Shown here in pieces: positions 29,628 through 37,699 of a stretch of DNA of 64,000 nt. Each line of letters opens with the position of its first letter. Position 1 is the first letter of the stretch. A program made the translations under genes and the position numbers. Source of the stretch: an uncultured virus (IMG/VR IMGVR_UViG_3300017761_002881) (lineage: Duplodnaviria > Heunggongvirae > Uroviricota > Caudoviricetes); IMG/VR virus record IMGVR_UViG_3300017761_002881, one strand, 5' to 3'. The notes under the pieces are model-generated. The model saw nothing but the letters and a program-made list of their open reading frames with translations. It ran no database searches and was not told the DNA's origin.

Positions 29628-32096
29628 ACCAAACGAAAAGAATTTTCCAACGTTATTATTTTCTGGAATACGTCCCCAATTCATTGCTCCATAGAAGTCA
29701 GATAATTTATTATACAATGATGATGTAAATATTTTATCATAGTCAATATATGTAGTAATTAGATTAACAATCTGTTCTGGATCATCGTATCCTTTCAATG
29801 CACATTGTTCTAAGTTTAATGGGTTAGGTCGTAGGTATGTCCATTTGATCTTCTCGCCATCAATAATTTGACGTACCGTTTTAATGTTATGATAAACTAA
29901 CAAGTCATTATAGTTTAAAGCGGACTTAACATGCACAGGAGTACCTTTCGGACGAATGGCAAATGGCTTAGCTTTCTTAGTTGTAAACTTAGATAATTCT
30001 TTTACTCCGGTAGGTGCCATTACTTGAATAATAGGCAATGTCTTCATATGATCTTTAAATGTAAGAATCTTGTCATCCAAAGTTTCTTTATCTATATCAT
30101 TCAAAATATCTTTAAGAACTTCTGCCATAAACTTACGGAATGCAGGAGGAAAACTAGATCTTACAACATCTAATCCTTTAACATCCAAACAAGATATTGT
30201 ATGACCTTCTTGATTGATAAGCCATTGCGCATATCGCTTTTTAGCAATCCATATCCCTGCCTTAGCTACAAATTCTTGTTTGATATCAAATCTATGCGTA
30301 CCGACATTATGAAACTTTTCTGCATACACATTATACGATTTGTTAATGAATGACTGCACCTCATTAGCTATTTCAATAGTACGATCAGCCATCCATTTTT
30401 CATCTGTAACATCAAACTGCGGATATCGTTTTTTAATAATAGGTAATGATGAGAAGAATGTCGAATCTGTATCAGTATAAATACAATAATCTTTTTCAAC
30501 ACCTAATTCTTTTTTGTAGTATTGATTACCGATATCAGCCGTAAACTTAATTAACTGCTGACCTGTACTTGTAATAGCTACAGCATTATCTGGATCGAAA
30601 AATCTAAATCCTGGATTACCTAGTACTCCATAAAATGAATTCAGAAGAATTTTAGTAACTAACTGCAAACGATCAAAATATTCTGCTTTGGCAGCATCGC
30701 CTTCTTTTTCGTATTTCTTTTTGAGATTCTTATATTCAACACGTTCGTCGAACCATTTATCCAAAATAGACGGAATGAAACCTTTTTTAGTAGTATCATA
30801 TACTACCCCATTAGCTGCAATAGAATACTTATTCTCTTTAAGATATTCTCTAAGTTCTGCAGCAGTAGCCCATCCTTTATTCCTACTAGAATAATGAGCG
30901 CCTTTGTCTTTTACATACTCGATACCATCGAACTTATCCAATTTAAACACTTTTGTTTCTGGAGATATTCCAAGTGTCATAATGATACTAGGATATAGAG
31001 ATGTTAAGTCAAGGTCATATATCCATTTGTAACGACCCGGATTTGGGTCTTTTACATATGCTCCTAGCAATTCTAATGGCTGATCAGAATCACGATCTTT
31101 TTTGTTAGGAGCTACTAGTCCTAAACGCTTTAGATAAGTTAATGATGCGCCGTCTAGATATCTAGTAGAAAAATAGACATCCTCATATGGTACATGCCCT
31201 TTATGACAAATACCTCGAGCCAAGTCTATCAATTTCATCTTTTCATCTATAGCCACTACAAGATCAACGTCATTCATATTGTAATCTACATACTTATTGA
31301 TATCCGTACGCATCAAGTCGTTAAGATTACCTTCATACTTAATTTTACCTCTACCTAATTCCTTTTGCGAGATAGCCTCTAACGAATAACTAGACTCTTC
31401 AGAATATGTAAAGTTTTTATACAATGCCATATAATCTAAACAAGCAACTCCCGAAATACGATATCGATTGCGATGCTTTAACCATATGACATCTTTAATA
31501 GGCGACATTGTACGAGCCGTAGTCTCTCCTAATATATGACACATACGATTGAACAAATATGGAATATCAAAAAAGTCAATGTTCCATCCAGTAATAATAG
31601 TCGGACGAATTTCCTGATACTTAAATAAAAACTTCTGTAACAAATCATATTCTGTATTACATGATCGAATTACATCTGTAGACTTAACTACATTAGCTTT
31701 ATCTAAAACCCATACATATCTAGAATCTCCTGCATGATCGTAAATTGCTATAGAAGTAATTTCATTTTGCGCAGTCTCTGTTGTCGGGAATCCGTTTTCA
31801 ATATCAACCTCAATATCTATAAAGATAGTCCGATGACCTGTAGATAGATCATCTGAATCAGTATACATATCTATTAGAGTTCTAGTCTCTGGATTAATAT
31901 CCGATTCGTACAAGCCTTGTTCTTCACGATCAAAGTCCGTAACCTTATCTAATTTTGTCCCATCTAACGCTACATGGGTACCATATGAAGATTTACGATA
32001 TGCATAAGGCTTATATTTAACTTGTATATGCCCCTTCACATCATCCCATATATGGACAGTATTTGTTTTATTTTGGTATGCTACTGCTTGATACAT
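29625..32096 (-). CDS. Family B DNA polymerase (T4 gp43-like) with 3'-5' exonuclease
   Basis: IDIEV, GWNIDFFDIPY, YNMNDV, DLTSLYPSII, KILLNSFYG, YTDTDS, KKRYA. Confidence 0.96.
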   Translation of the reverse strand: MYQAVAYQNKTNTVHIWDDVKGHIQVKYKPYAYRKSSYGTHVALDGTKLDKVTDFDREEQGLYESDINPETRTLIDMYTDSDDLSTGHRTIFIDIEVDIENGFPTTETAQNEITSIAIYDHAGDSRYVWVLDKANVVKSTDVIRSCNTEYDLLQKFLFKYQEIRPTIITGWNIDFFDIPYLFNRMCHILGETTARTMSPIKDVIWLKHRNRYRISGVACLDYMALYKNFTYSEESSYSLEAISQKELGRGKIKYEGNLNDLMRTDINKYVDYNMNDVDLVVAIDEKMKLIDLARGICHKGHVPYEDVYFSTRYLDGASLTYLKRLGLVAPNKKDRDSDQPLELLGAYVKDPNPGRYKWIYDLDLTSLYPSIIMTLGISPETKVFKLDKFDGIEYVKDKGAHYSSRNKGWATAAELREYLKENKYSIAANGVVYDTTKKGFIPSILDKWFDERVEYKNLKKKYEKEGDAAKAEYFDRLQLVTKILLNSFYGVLGNPGFRFFDPDNAVAITSTGQQLIKFTADIGNQYYKKELGVEKDYCIYTDTDSTFFSSLPIIKKRYPQFDVTDEKWMADRTIEIANEVQSFINKSYNVYAEKFHNVGTHRFDIKQEFVAKAGIWIAKKRYAQWLINQEGHTISCLDVKGLDVVRSSFPPAFRKFMAEVLKDILNDIDKETLDDKILTFKDHMKTLPIIQVMAPTGVKELSKFTTKKAKPFAIRPKGTPVHVKSALNYNDLLVYHNIKTVRQIIDGEKIKWTYLRPNPLNLEQCALKGYDDPEQIVNLITTYIDYDKIFTSSLYNKLSDFYGAMNWGRIPENNNVGKFFSFG

Positions 32097-32251
32097 TATA
32101 CTAATTCCTCGTAAATTCCTAAGCCTTCACTTGCTACTAAAACGGTAACGGCAGCGATCGGTTCTGTTAGTAATAATAAATAACCTATAAGTCTGCATGC
32201 AGATTTAAGAAAGCTTATACGTTGATGTTGTTTAGGATCTGGATGTTTCAT
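32096..32251 (-). CDS. 51-aa small membrane protein (below ORF-track cutoff)
   Basis: MKHPDPKQHQRISFLKSACRLIGYLLLLTEPIAAVTVLVASEGLGIYEELV; stop overlaps the PolB ATG. Confidence 0.65.
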   Translation of the reverse strand: MKHPDPKQHQRISFLKSACRLIGYLLLLTEPIAAVTVLVASEGLGIYEELV

Positions 32252-32253
32252 AA

Positions 32254-32757
32254 CTATATTTTATAAATGTTTCTATAATTTCGTTTCAAGCCGTTATCAT
32301 CAAATCCATATCCGACTACCCATTCATCTGCTATTTCGAAACAAAAATGATCTACAGATACTGGGTTGTCTTTACGATGTACTAATGTAACTACTTTAAC
32401 TTCTAATGGCATACGAGATTCAACTCGTTGCAAAATTTCTATCATTGTATGGCCGGTATCGACAATATCTTCAATAATATAAACCCTTTTACCTTTCAAA
32501 TCAATCTCTAATTCCTTAGTAAAAGTTACTCCTGATGAATTATCTTTACCATGATACGATTTAGGACGTATAAAGTCTACTTCTATATCAATGCCCATAT
32601 CTTTTACAAGATCAGAAAAAAACATAAAGGAACCGTTTAATACACATATCATAACTGGCGGTAATGAATTACCACTAGACTTATGTTCCTCCGATAATCG
32701 ATGTGCCATGGCACGTACTCGACGTTCAATCTTATATTCTGGTATAAGTATTTCCAT
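32254..32757 (-). CDS. hpt: Hypoxanthine/guanine phosphoribosyltransferase
   Basis: CVLNGSFMFFSDL, SY loop, VYIIEDIVDTGHT PRPP motif, WVVGYGFD, RN. Confidence 0.9.
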   Translation of the reverse strand: MEILIPEYKIERRVRAMAHRLSEEHKSSGNSLPPVMICVLNGSFMFFSDLVKDMGIDIEVDFIRPKSYHGKDNSSGVTFTKELEIDLKGKRVYIIEDIVDTGHTMIEILQRVESRMPLEVKVVTLVHRKDNPVSVDHFCFEIADEWVVGYGFDDNGLKRNYRNIYKI

Positions 32758-32761
32758 GTTA

Positions 32762-33463
32762 TTAGTCATTGTAACCTCTTACAAATTCATAAAACTCGTT
32801 ACGAGTCGATGGGTCATCTTTAAATGCACCTGTCAATTTAGATGTCTTCATACTAGCTCCTCCATGTTTAACACCACGGCATTGAACACAATTATGAGTA
32901 GCTTCGATCATAACAGCGACACCTTTATTATCATTAATGATAGTATCAACTGCATTATGAATAGCAACAGTTAATTGTTCTTGAATAGCACCACGACGAC
33001 CAAAGTGTTCAACGATACGATTAAGTTTCGACAATCCAATTACTTTGCTATCATCACCAGGAATATAAGCTACATGCACCAAACCCATAATAGTTTGATG
33101 ATGATGACTACACATACTAGTTAATGGAATGCCTCCTTCAAATACCATACCATCATATCCATCACTAGGAAATGCGGTGATCGATGGGGCCGGATTGAAT
33201 CTACCGGCCCATAGATCATTTACATATGCTTTAGCTACACGTCTGGGCGTATCACTGGAATTGGGATCATTAGCCCAATCAACCCCTAATGCTGTAAGGA
33301 ACTCTCCAAAATGGTGAGCTGCCTTATTGATTATTTCTGCCTTTTCATAATTAGACAGCGATGCATCGGAGCCTTCTTCTAATTGTCGTTGAGCTAACTG
33401 AGTTGATATTCCGTTAGCAAAACCTGACATTACAGTCTCGATTGAATTAGTCGTTTTATTCAT
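32762..33463 (-). CDS. folE: GTP cyclohydrolase I
   Basis: TPRRVAKAY, SMCSHH, GLSKLNRIV, QEQLT, ATHNCVQCRGV. Confidence 0.95.
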   Translation of the reverse strand: MNKTTNSIETVMSGFANGISTQLAQRQLEEGSDASLSNYEKAEIINKAAHHFGEFLTALGVDWANDPNSSDTPRRVAKAYVNDLWAGRFNPAPSITAFPSDGYDGMVFEGGIPLTSMCSHHHQTIMGLVHVAYIPGDDSKVIGLSKLNRIVEHFGRRGAIQEQLTVAIHNAVDTIINDNKGVAVMIEATHNCVQCRGVKHGGASMKTSKLTGAFKDDPSTRNEFYEFVRGYND

Positions 33464-33468
33464 TTGAA

Positions 33469-33768
33469 TTATTTTTGTACATTAACCAATGCGATTTCAG
33501 ATTCTCTAACCAATAAATACTCTACATCCTCGATTGTAATTCTTTTATGCTTACCAACTTCATTTTTATGAATAACTACATGATCGCCTACTTTAACTGT
33601 CATTGGAATGCGATCTCCGGTTTGAGTAAACAATCCATCGCCGACAGCAATTATATCTGCATGTACATAGTTATCCATACCATCCATTAAGATAATACCT
33701 GACTTAGTTTTATCTTTCTTTTCATGTTCTTTTGCAAGAAGCAAATCACCCATAGGTTTCATATTCAT
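33469..33768 (-). CDS. groES: Co-chaperonin GroES
   Basis: MKPMGD, KTKSGIIL, IAVGDG, PMTVKVGD, YLLVRESEI. Confidence 0.9.
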   Translation of the reverse strand: MNMKPMGDLLLAKEHEKKDKTKSGIILMDGMDNYVHADIIAVGDGLFTQTGDRIPMTVKVGDHVVIHKNEVGKHKRITIEDVEYLLVRESEIALVNVQK

Positions 33769-33787
33769 ATCCTTTTTATTTTTTAAA

Positions 33788-34558
33788 TTAAACACCTCGT
33801 TCTGTATCAAATGCAATAATATGATCTCGACCTGTCATATTATATCCAAACTCTGCACAAAGATTAAATACCAGCGGATACATTTTAATTAATTCCTCTC
33901 GATTATCTCCTGCAGGCATAATATATGTTTTATGTTTCGGAATTCCAAATTTTACTCGAAAATCTTCTATCTCACGCAAATTTTCCATTGTACCATCCCA
34001 TACTGGCTTGTAATGATAATCGTGATGATATGCAATCATTCTATGTATAGCTTCTTCATTAAGACGAAACTTGTTATGCTGATCTATAAATTTCTGATCA
34101 ACTACATTACCCTTAGGAGTAGTAATGCCTAATTTAGGAACGCTATTGTTAAACTTAGGAGATAGTGAAACTAAGTCTATCGGAAAATCCGTTTCAACAA
34201 AATGACTACCTTCCGTTTCAATTGTAGTGACAATGCCACGCTTAAATGCAAATGAAGTTAACTCGTTTAGCAGTGCTGGTTGCATTGTTGGACTACCTCC
34301 GGTAATCATCATTTCTTTGATATGCGGATTTTCATCATAGATGGCTACAATATCATTAAAAGTAAATTTACCTTTTTCAGGATGAATGCTAGTATACCAG
34401 CTATCACACCAACCACCTTCACCAAACCAACAACGGTGAGTACATCCAGTTACTCGAATAGCAATTGTAGGTCGCCCCATTCGACTACCTTCGCTTTGTA
34501 CACATCGATATAATTCAGCGATAGGTAAAACTTTATTATAATCAGTTATTCTTTCCAT
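33788..34558 (-). CDS. queE: 7-carboxy-7-deazaguanine synthase (radical SAM)
   Basis: ELYRCVQSEG...IRVTGCTHRC...WCDS, ITGGSP, IETEG, SLSPK. Confidence 0.9.
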   Translation of the reverse strand: MERITDYNKVLPIAELYRCVQSEGSRMGRPTIAIRVTGCTHRCWFGEGGWCDSWYTSIHPEKGKFTFNDIVAIYDENPHIKEMMITGGSPTMQPALLNELTSFAFKRGIVTTIETEGSHFVETDFPIDLVSLSPKFNNSVPKLGITTPKGNVVDQKFIDQHNKFRLNEEAIHRMIAYHHDYHYKPVWDGTMENLREIEDFRVKFGIPKHKTYIMPAGDNREELIKMYPLVFNLCAEFGYNMTGRDHIIAFDTERGV

Positions 34559-34562
34559 AGTT

Positions 34563-34877
34563 TTAGAAGGGTAAGTCGTCGTCTGTATCATTGTTAATTT
34601 CTATTCTATTATCTAGTTTAAAATATTCATCTAAGTATTCTTTAGAATATTTTAGAATATATCCGTTATAGTTTTGTGTACTAACAAACTCTGTTATATA
34701 CGGCTGTCCCATAGCACGAGCCGTTTTAGCAACATTCTCTGCCAATTCTTTAGCCGGCTTATATCCTAGATAGGTACGTAAGCTAATCATATCAACGGCA
34801 GGTAATGGCTGAGCCGTTACTGTATATTGCATACCGTTTGATATAAATGTCGTTACAAGTTGTTTATTATTCTCCAT
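34563..34877 (-). CDS. Hypothetical protein
   Basis: ORF between queD and queE; probable start MENNKQ; ends DDDLPF. Confidence 0.6.
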   Translation of the reverse strand: MENNKQLVTTFISNGMQYTVTAQPLPAVDMISLRTYLGYKPAKELAENVAKTARAMGQPYITEFVSTQNYNGYILKYSKEYLDEYFKLDNRIEINNDTDDDLPF

Positions 34878-35331
34878 AACTGGCACTGTTTCGTTCATGT
34901 TCGTAAACTTCAACTTTGATAGCTCTAACTCTTCCATCTGTTTCTTTTTTTAGAAAGCTGTTAATAATTGTATATAAATGTTCAGCAAATCTTTCGCAAC
35001 CAGTAGCAGGTAATATTCGTAATTGAATGATACCGTCGTCATCCATTTGTTTAAACTCTTCCAAATACGGATCATCCTCTGCTACAATAGTAGTATGATC
35101 AAGTAAGTGAGTAAAAAAATCTTTAGGAGACATACCGTGTATTTTATGTTTAGCACGTTTCATACCTCCAAAGTCCCATACCCAATTACGATGATCTAAA
35201 TCACCTTCGAACCATACTCTAAAGGATACAGCATACCCATGTAAAAATTTACAATGAGTGCCATCTGCTTTCCATTGACGAAAACATGTACTGTATCCGT
35301 CAAATAACTTAGTTGACTGAAACTTAGCCAT
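34867..35331 (-). CDS. queD: 6-carboxy-5,6,7,8-tetrahydropterin synthase
   Basis: Probable start MAKFQST; HCKFLHGY, WVWDFG, LDH, GCERFA, VEVYEH. Confidence 0.88.
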   Translation of the reverse strand: MAKFQSTKLFDGYSTCFRQWKADGTHCKFLHGYAVSFRVWFEGDLDHRNWVWDFGGMKRAKHKIHGMSPKDFFTHLLDHTTIVAEDDPYLEEFKQMDDDGIIQLRILPATGCERFAEHLYTIINSFLKKETDGRVRAIKVEVYEHERNSASYGE

Positions 35332-35332
35332 C

Positions 35333-35629
35333 TTATCGATTCTTATTTGAATAGGTCCAAGCGAACCAATATTTTTTACCGTGTAACAAATGTGATGCCG
35401 TATGTTCATATTCAGCATTGAATTCGCCCATAAATGTATTCATAGCATCTTTATCATTGAAAATAGTATAGTTACCAGCGTCTGAATATGTTTCTGTAAA
35501 GGACCAGCCCGTATGCTTCACGGAACGATTCTGTACAGTTTCATATGACATGGTACGGAGATACTCTTGATCACATTGAGGTAGTGATCTAAAGTCGAAA
35601 GCAATTTCTACATCTTTAAATTTAAACAT
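35333..35629 (-). CDS. Hypothetical protein
   Basis: 98-aa ORF abutting queD. Confidence 0.65.
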   Translation of the reverse strand: MFKFKDVEIAFDFRSLPQCDQEYLRTMSYETVQNRSVKHTGWSFTETYSDAGNYTIFNDKDAMNTFMGEFNAEYEHTASHLLHGKKYWFAWTYSNKNR

Positions 35630-35666
35630 AACTTGTATTGATTTTTGTATAGATAAATATATAAAC

Positions 35667-35795
35667 TTATTTGCAAACGTTCAAATTTTCTGAACTTTCT
35701 TTATACTTTTGATAAAAATAATCTGCATCAAATGCATCCCAACATTGAACTTCCCATTCACGTTGCTGAATTAATAACTCTTTTGTTTTTCCCAT
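35667..35795 (-). CDS. 42-aa hypothetical protein
   Basis: MGKTKELLIQQREWEVQCWDAFDADYFYQKYKESSENLNVCK directly after the 35809..35842 promoter. Confidence 0.5.
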   Translation of the reverse strand: MGKTKELLIQQREWEVQCWDAFDADYFYQKYKESSENLNVCK

Positions 35796-35808
35796 ATGAT
35801 TTATATAT

Positions 35809-35842
35809 ACTTTAATATAAGTACATTTCTCATTGAGTCCAA
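35809..35842 (-). promoter_or_regulatory. Sigma70-like promoter TTGGAC-N17-TATATT-AAAGT, upstream of the queD-queE-groES-folE-hpt-polB run
   Basis: Same motif family, exact 17-nt spacer. Confidence 0.7.
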
Positions 35843-35843
35843 A

Positions 35844-36467
35844 TTATTTTTCAGAATTTATATCATAATAATAAGAATCCGAGTCTTCTGCGACCCAACG
35901 ATCCGAAACTGTTTCTACAGATGGCAATGTATTATCTACTTTTATATCTTTAGGAGATATAGGAAACTTATTTGTTATCCAATTGGAATCGCGCCAATAT
36001 ATTCTATTGTTAGGTTGGCATAACAAATATCCATCATCGGCTACTAACAAATGCCCGCATTTATAATCTGAAGGTTCGTTAGAATATGGATTGTCATACC
36101 AATCCACTGTCATTAAATACGTAGCCCAAACTTTAGTACCATCACGTAAAACAACTTCACATCGTTTATCAGATAGGTATTCATAAGTAGTAACCGTTAC
36201 ATTTTCAGAAAAGCAATCCCATAGCTGTTTCATATGAAATGGAATGTCTTCGGTAGGCTCATGTAAAAATAGTTCTGATAATGGGACTCGTGAACGTAAC
36301 ATTCCATAATCGGTCATAATATGAAATGTTAAGATTTTGCCCGCGATTGATTGTATGCCGAATGCATATGCCTTATGAAATTTATTATCGTCGGTAGAAT
36401 TTTTTGTAAGGTGCGAAACTCGCACTAAACATTTAAATGATAATATATTTTCATTTAATTTTGGCAT
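35844..36467 (-). CDS. Conserved phage hypothetical protein
   Basis: QLWDCFS, YLMTVDW, YKCGH, QPNNRIYW motifs. Confidence 0.72.
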   Translation of the reverse strand: MPKLNENILSFKCLVRVSHLTKNSTDDNKFHKAYAFGIQSIAGKILTFHIMTDYGMLRSRVPLSELFLHEPTEDIPFHMKQLWDCFSENVTVTTYEYLSDKRCEVVLRDGTKVWATYLMTVDWYDNPYSNEPSDYKCGHLLVADDGYLLCQPNNRIYWRDSNWITNKFPISPKDIKVDNTLPSVETVSDRWVAEDSDSYYYDINSEK

Positions 36468-36469
36468 TA

Positions 36470-36640
36470 TCAATGCTTTACATTAATGTGTTTATAAGGA
36501 CAATGTCGGCAACCATTACCGCAACAATATCCACGTTTAAGATGAAAGTGGGCGGTAAATACTCGCCGCCCATCTTCCATATAATAGTCTTGAAATCTAT
36601 CTTCTAAGTCTAACTTAGAAATCCAATCATCTGATCGCAT
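36470..36640 (-). CDS. 56-aa Cys-rich protein, DUF5522-like
   Basis: YYMEDGRRVFTAHFHLKRGYCCGNGCRHCPY; not in the ORF track. Confidence 0.75.
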   Translation of the reverse strand: MRSDDWISKLDLEDRFQDYYMEDGRRVFTAHFHLKRGYCCGNGCRHCPYKHINVKH

Positions 36641-37674
36641 TACTTTTTGATATTAGCTAGCTTTGCCCAACGTGATTTGCTGATCGATTCATTTAACGAC
36701 GTGCCCGTTTTAATTACAGAATCTTGTACAAATGGCGGCGCAATATTAAATTTACCAGCAGCCGCATCTGCAGCAGCTTGTTTAACATTTGGACCAGGAG
36801 GTGTAGCTTTATCATCGAATTGCGGCATATATTTACGAGCAGGTGCGCCTGCCGGTGGCTGTGGTAATGCAGCTAAATTTTCTGCAACTTTTTGTGCAAT
36901 TGCTAATCTTAATGTGTACATGCCTTCATCTGTCACTTCACCAAATCGTTCTTTTACTCTATCACCTGCAGCACCTAGCCAATCTAAAACCATCTGCCCA
37001 TCATTGCCAACTAATAGATCTGATATCATTTCATCATTAAGTAATGGCCCAGGTGCGCCCGCATCAGTCTGTTTATTAACATTTGCCATTATCATTTTTT
37101 CAATTTGGGATGCGCCGACACCTAATATGTTAGTTTTAAATGATTGTCCTTGTGCTGGCACTTTACCGCCTTTGTTTATAGCAACTATTACTAATTGTGC
37201 AGCTGCTAATTTTTCTGCGACATTATCTCCAGGCAATTCAAAATCGGTACCAGATATTGTAGCACTATTGCCGCCAATAGCAATTGCTCCTGACCATCGA
37301 TGATGTCCGTCGATAATTATTCCGGCACTACTATCAGCCGCTACTCCGCCCGCAGATGGATCTTTAATTTTTTCTAGAAATGTTTTAGTTGAACCCAACG
37401 GAAATGATACTGATTTCATTAAATCAATTTCGTTTTGAGTCGGAGCAAATGACATTGCATTTCCAGATAAATTACCTTTAGCTGCTTCGTCATCTGTTTT
37501 TTCGCCGTCTGATTGAGGCGCCTGTAAAACGTTTTGTAAATCCTCATCGCCAGCGTTTTTATTAAGATAGTTAACTATAGCTTCTGGACCCGATTTAAAA
37601 TTTTTTTCTAACTCAGCGCCAACTGTAGCCTCATCTTCTTTTATTATCTGACTTAATAACGTACGTAATTTCAT
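36640..37674 (-). CDS. ParB/sulfiredoxin-like domain protein, probably late and head-associated
   Basis: Probable start MKLRTLL at 37674 with AGGA RBS; PTQNEI and IIDGHHRW motifs; TATTTATA upstream. Confidence 0.7.
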   Translation of the reverse strand: MKLRTLLSQIIKEDEATVGAELEKNFKSGPEAIVNYLNKNAGDEDLQNVLQAPQSDGEKTDDEAAKGNLSGNAMSFAPTQNEIDLMKSVSFPLGSTKTFLEKIKDPSAGGVAADSSAGIIIDGHHRWSGAIAIGGNSATISGTDFELPGDNVAEKLAAAQLVIVAINKGGKVPAQGQSFKTNILGVGASQIEKMIMANVNKQTDAGAPGPLLNDEMISDLLVGNDGQMVLDWLGAAGDRVKERFGEVTDEGMYTLRLAIAQKVAENLAALPQPPAGAPARKYMPQFDDKATPPGPNVKQAAADAAAGKFNIAPPFVQDSVIKTGTSLNESISKSRWAKLANIKK

Positions 37675-37690
37675 GTATATTCCTATTTTA

Positions 37691-37698
37691 TATAAATA
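37691..37698 (-). promoter_or_regulatory. TATTTATA putative late-promoter motif
   Basis: Upstream of the ATG at 37674. Confidence 0.6.
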
Positions 37699-37699
37699 T

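Noticed and set aside
26883..35331. Interpretation as a tRNA queuosine biosynthesis operon
   Set aside because: No queA, queG/H, queC or queF; the TGT-fold protein is divergent from bacterial Tgt and embedded among replisome genes. DNA modification is more likely but not proven.
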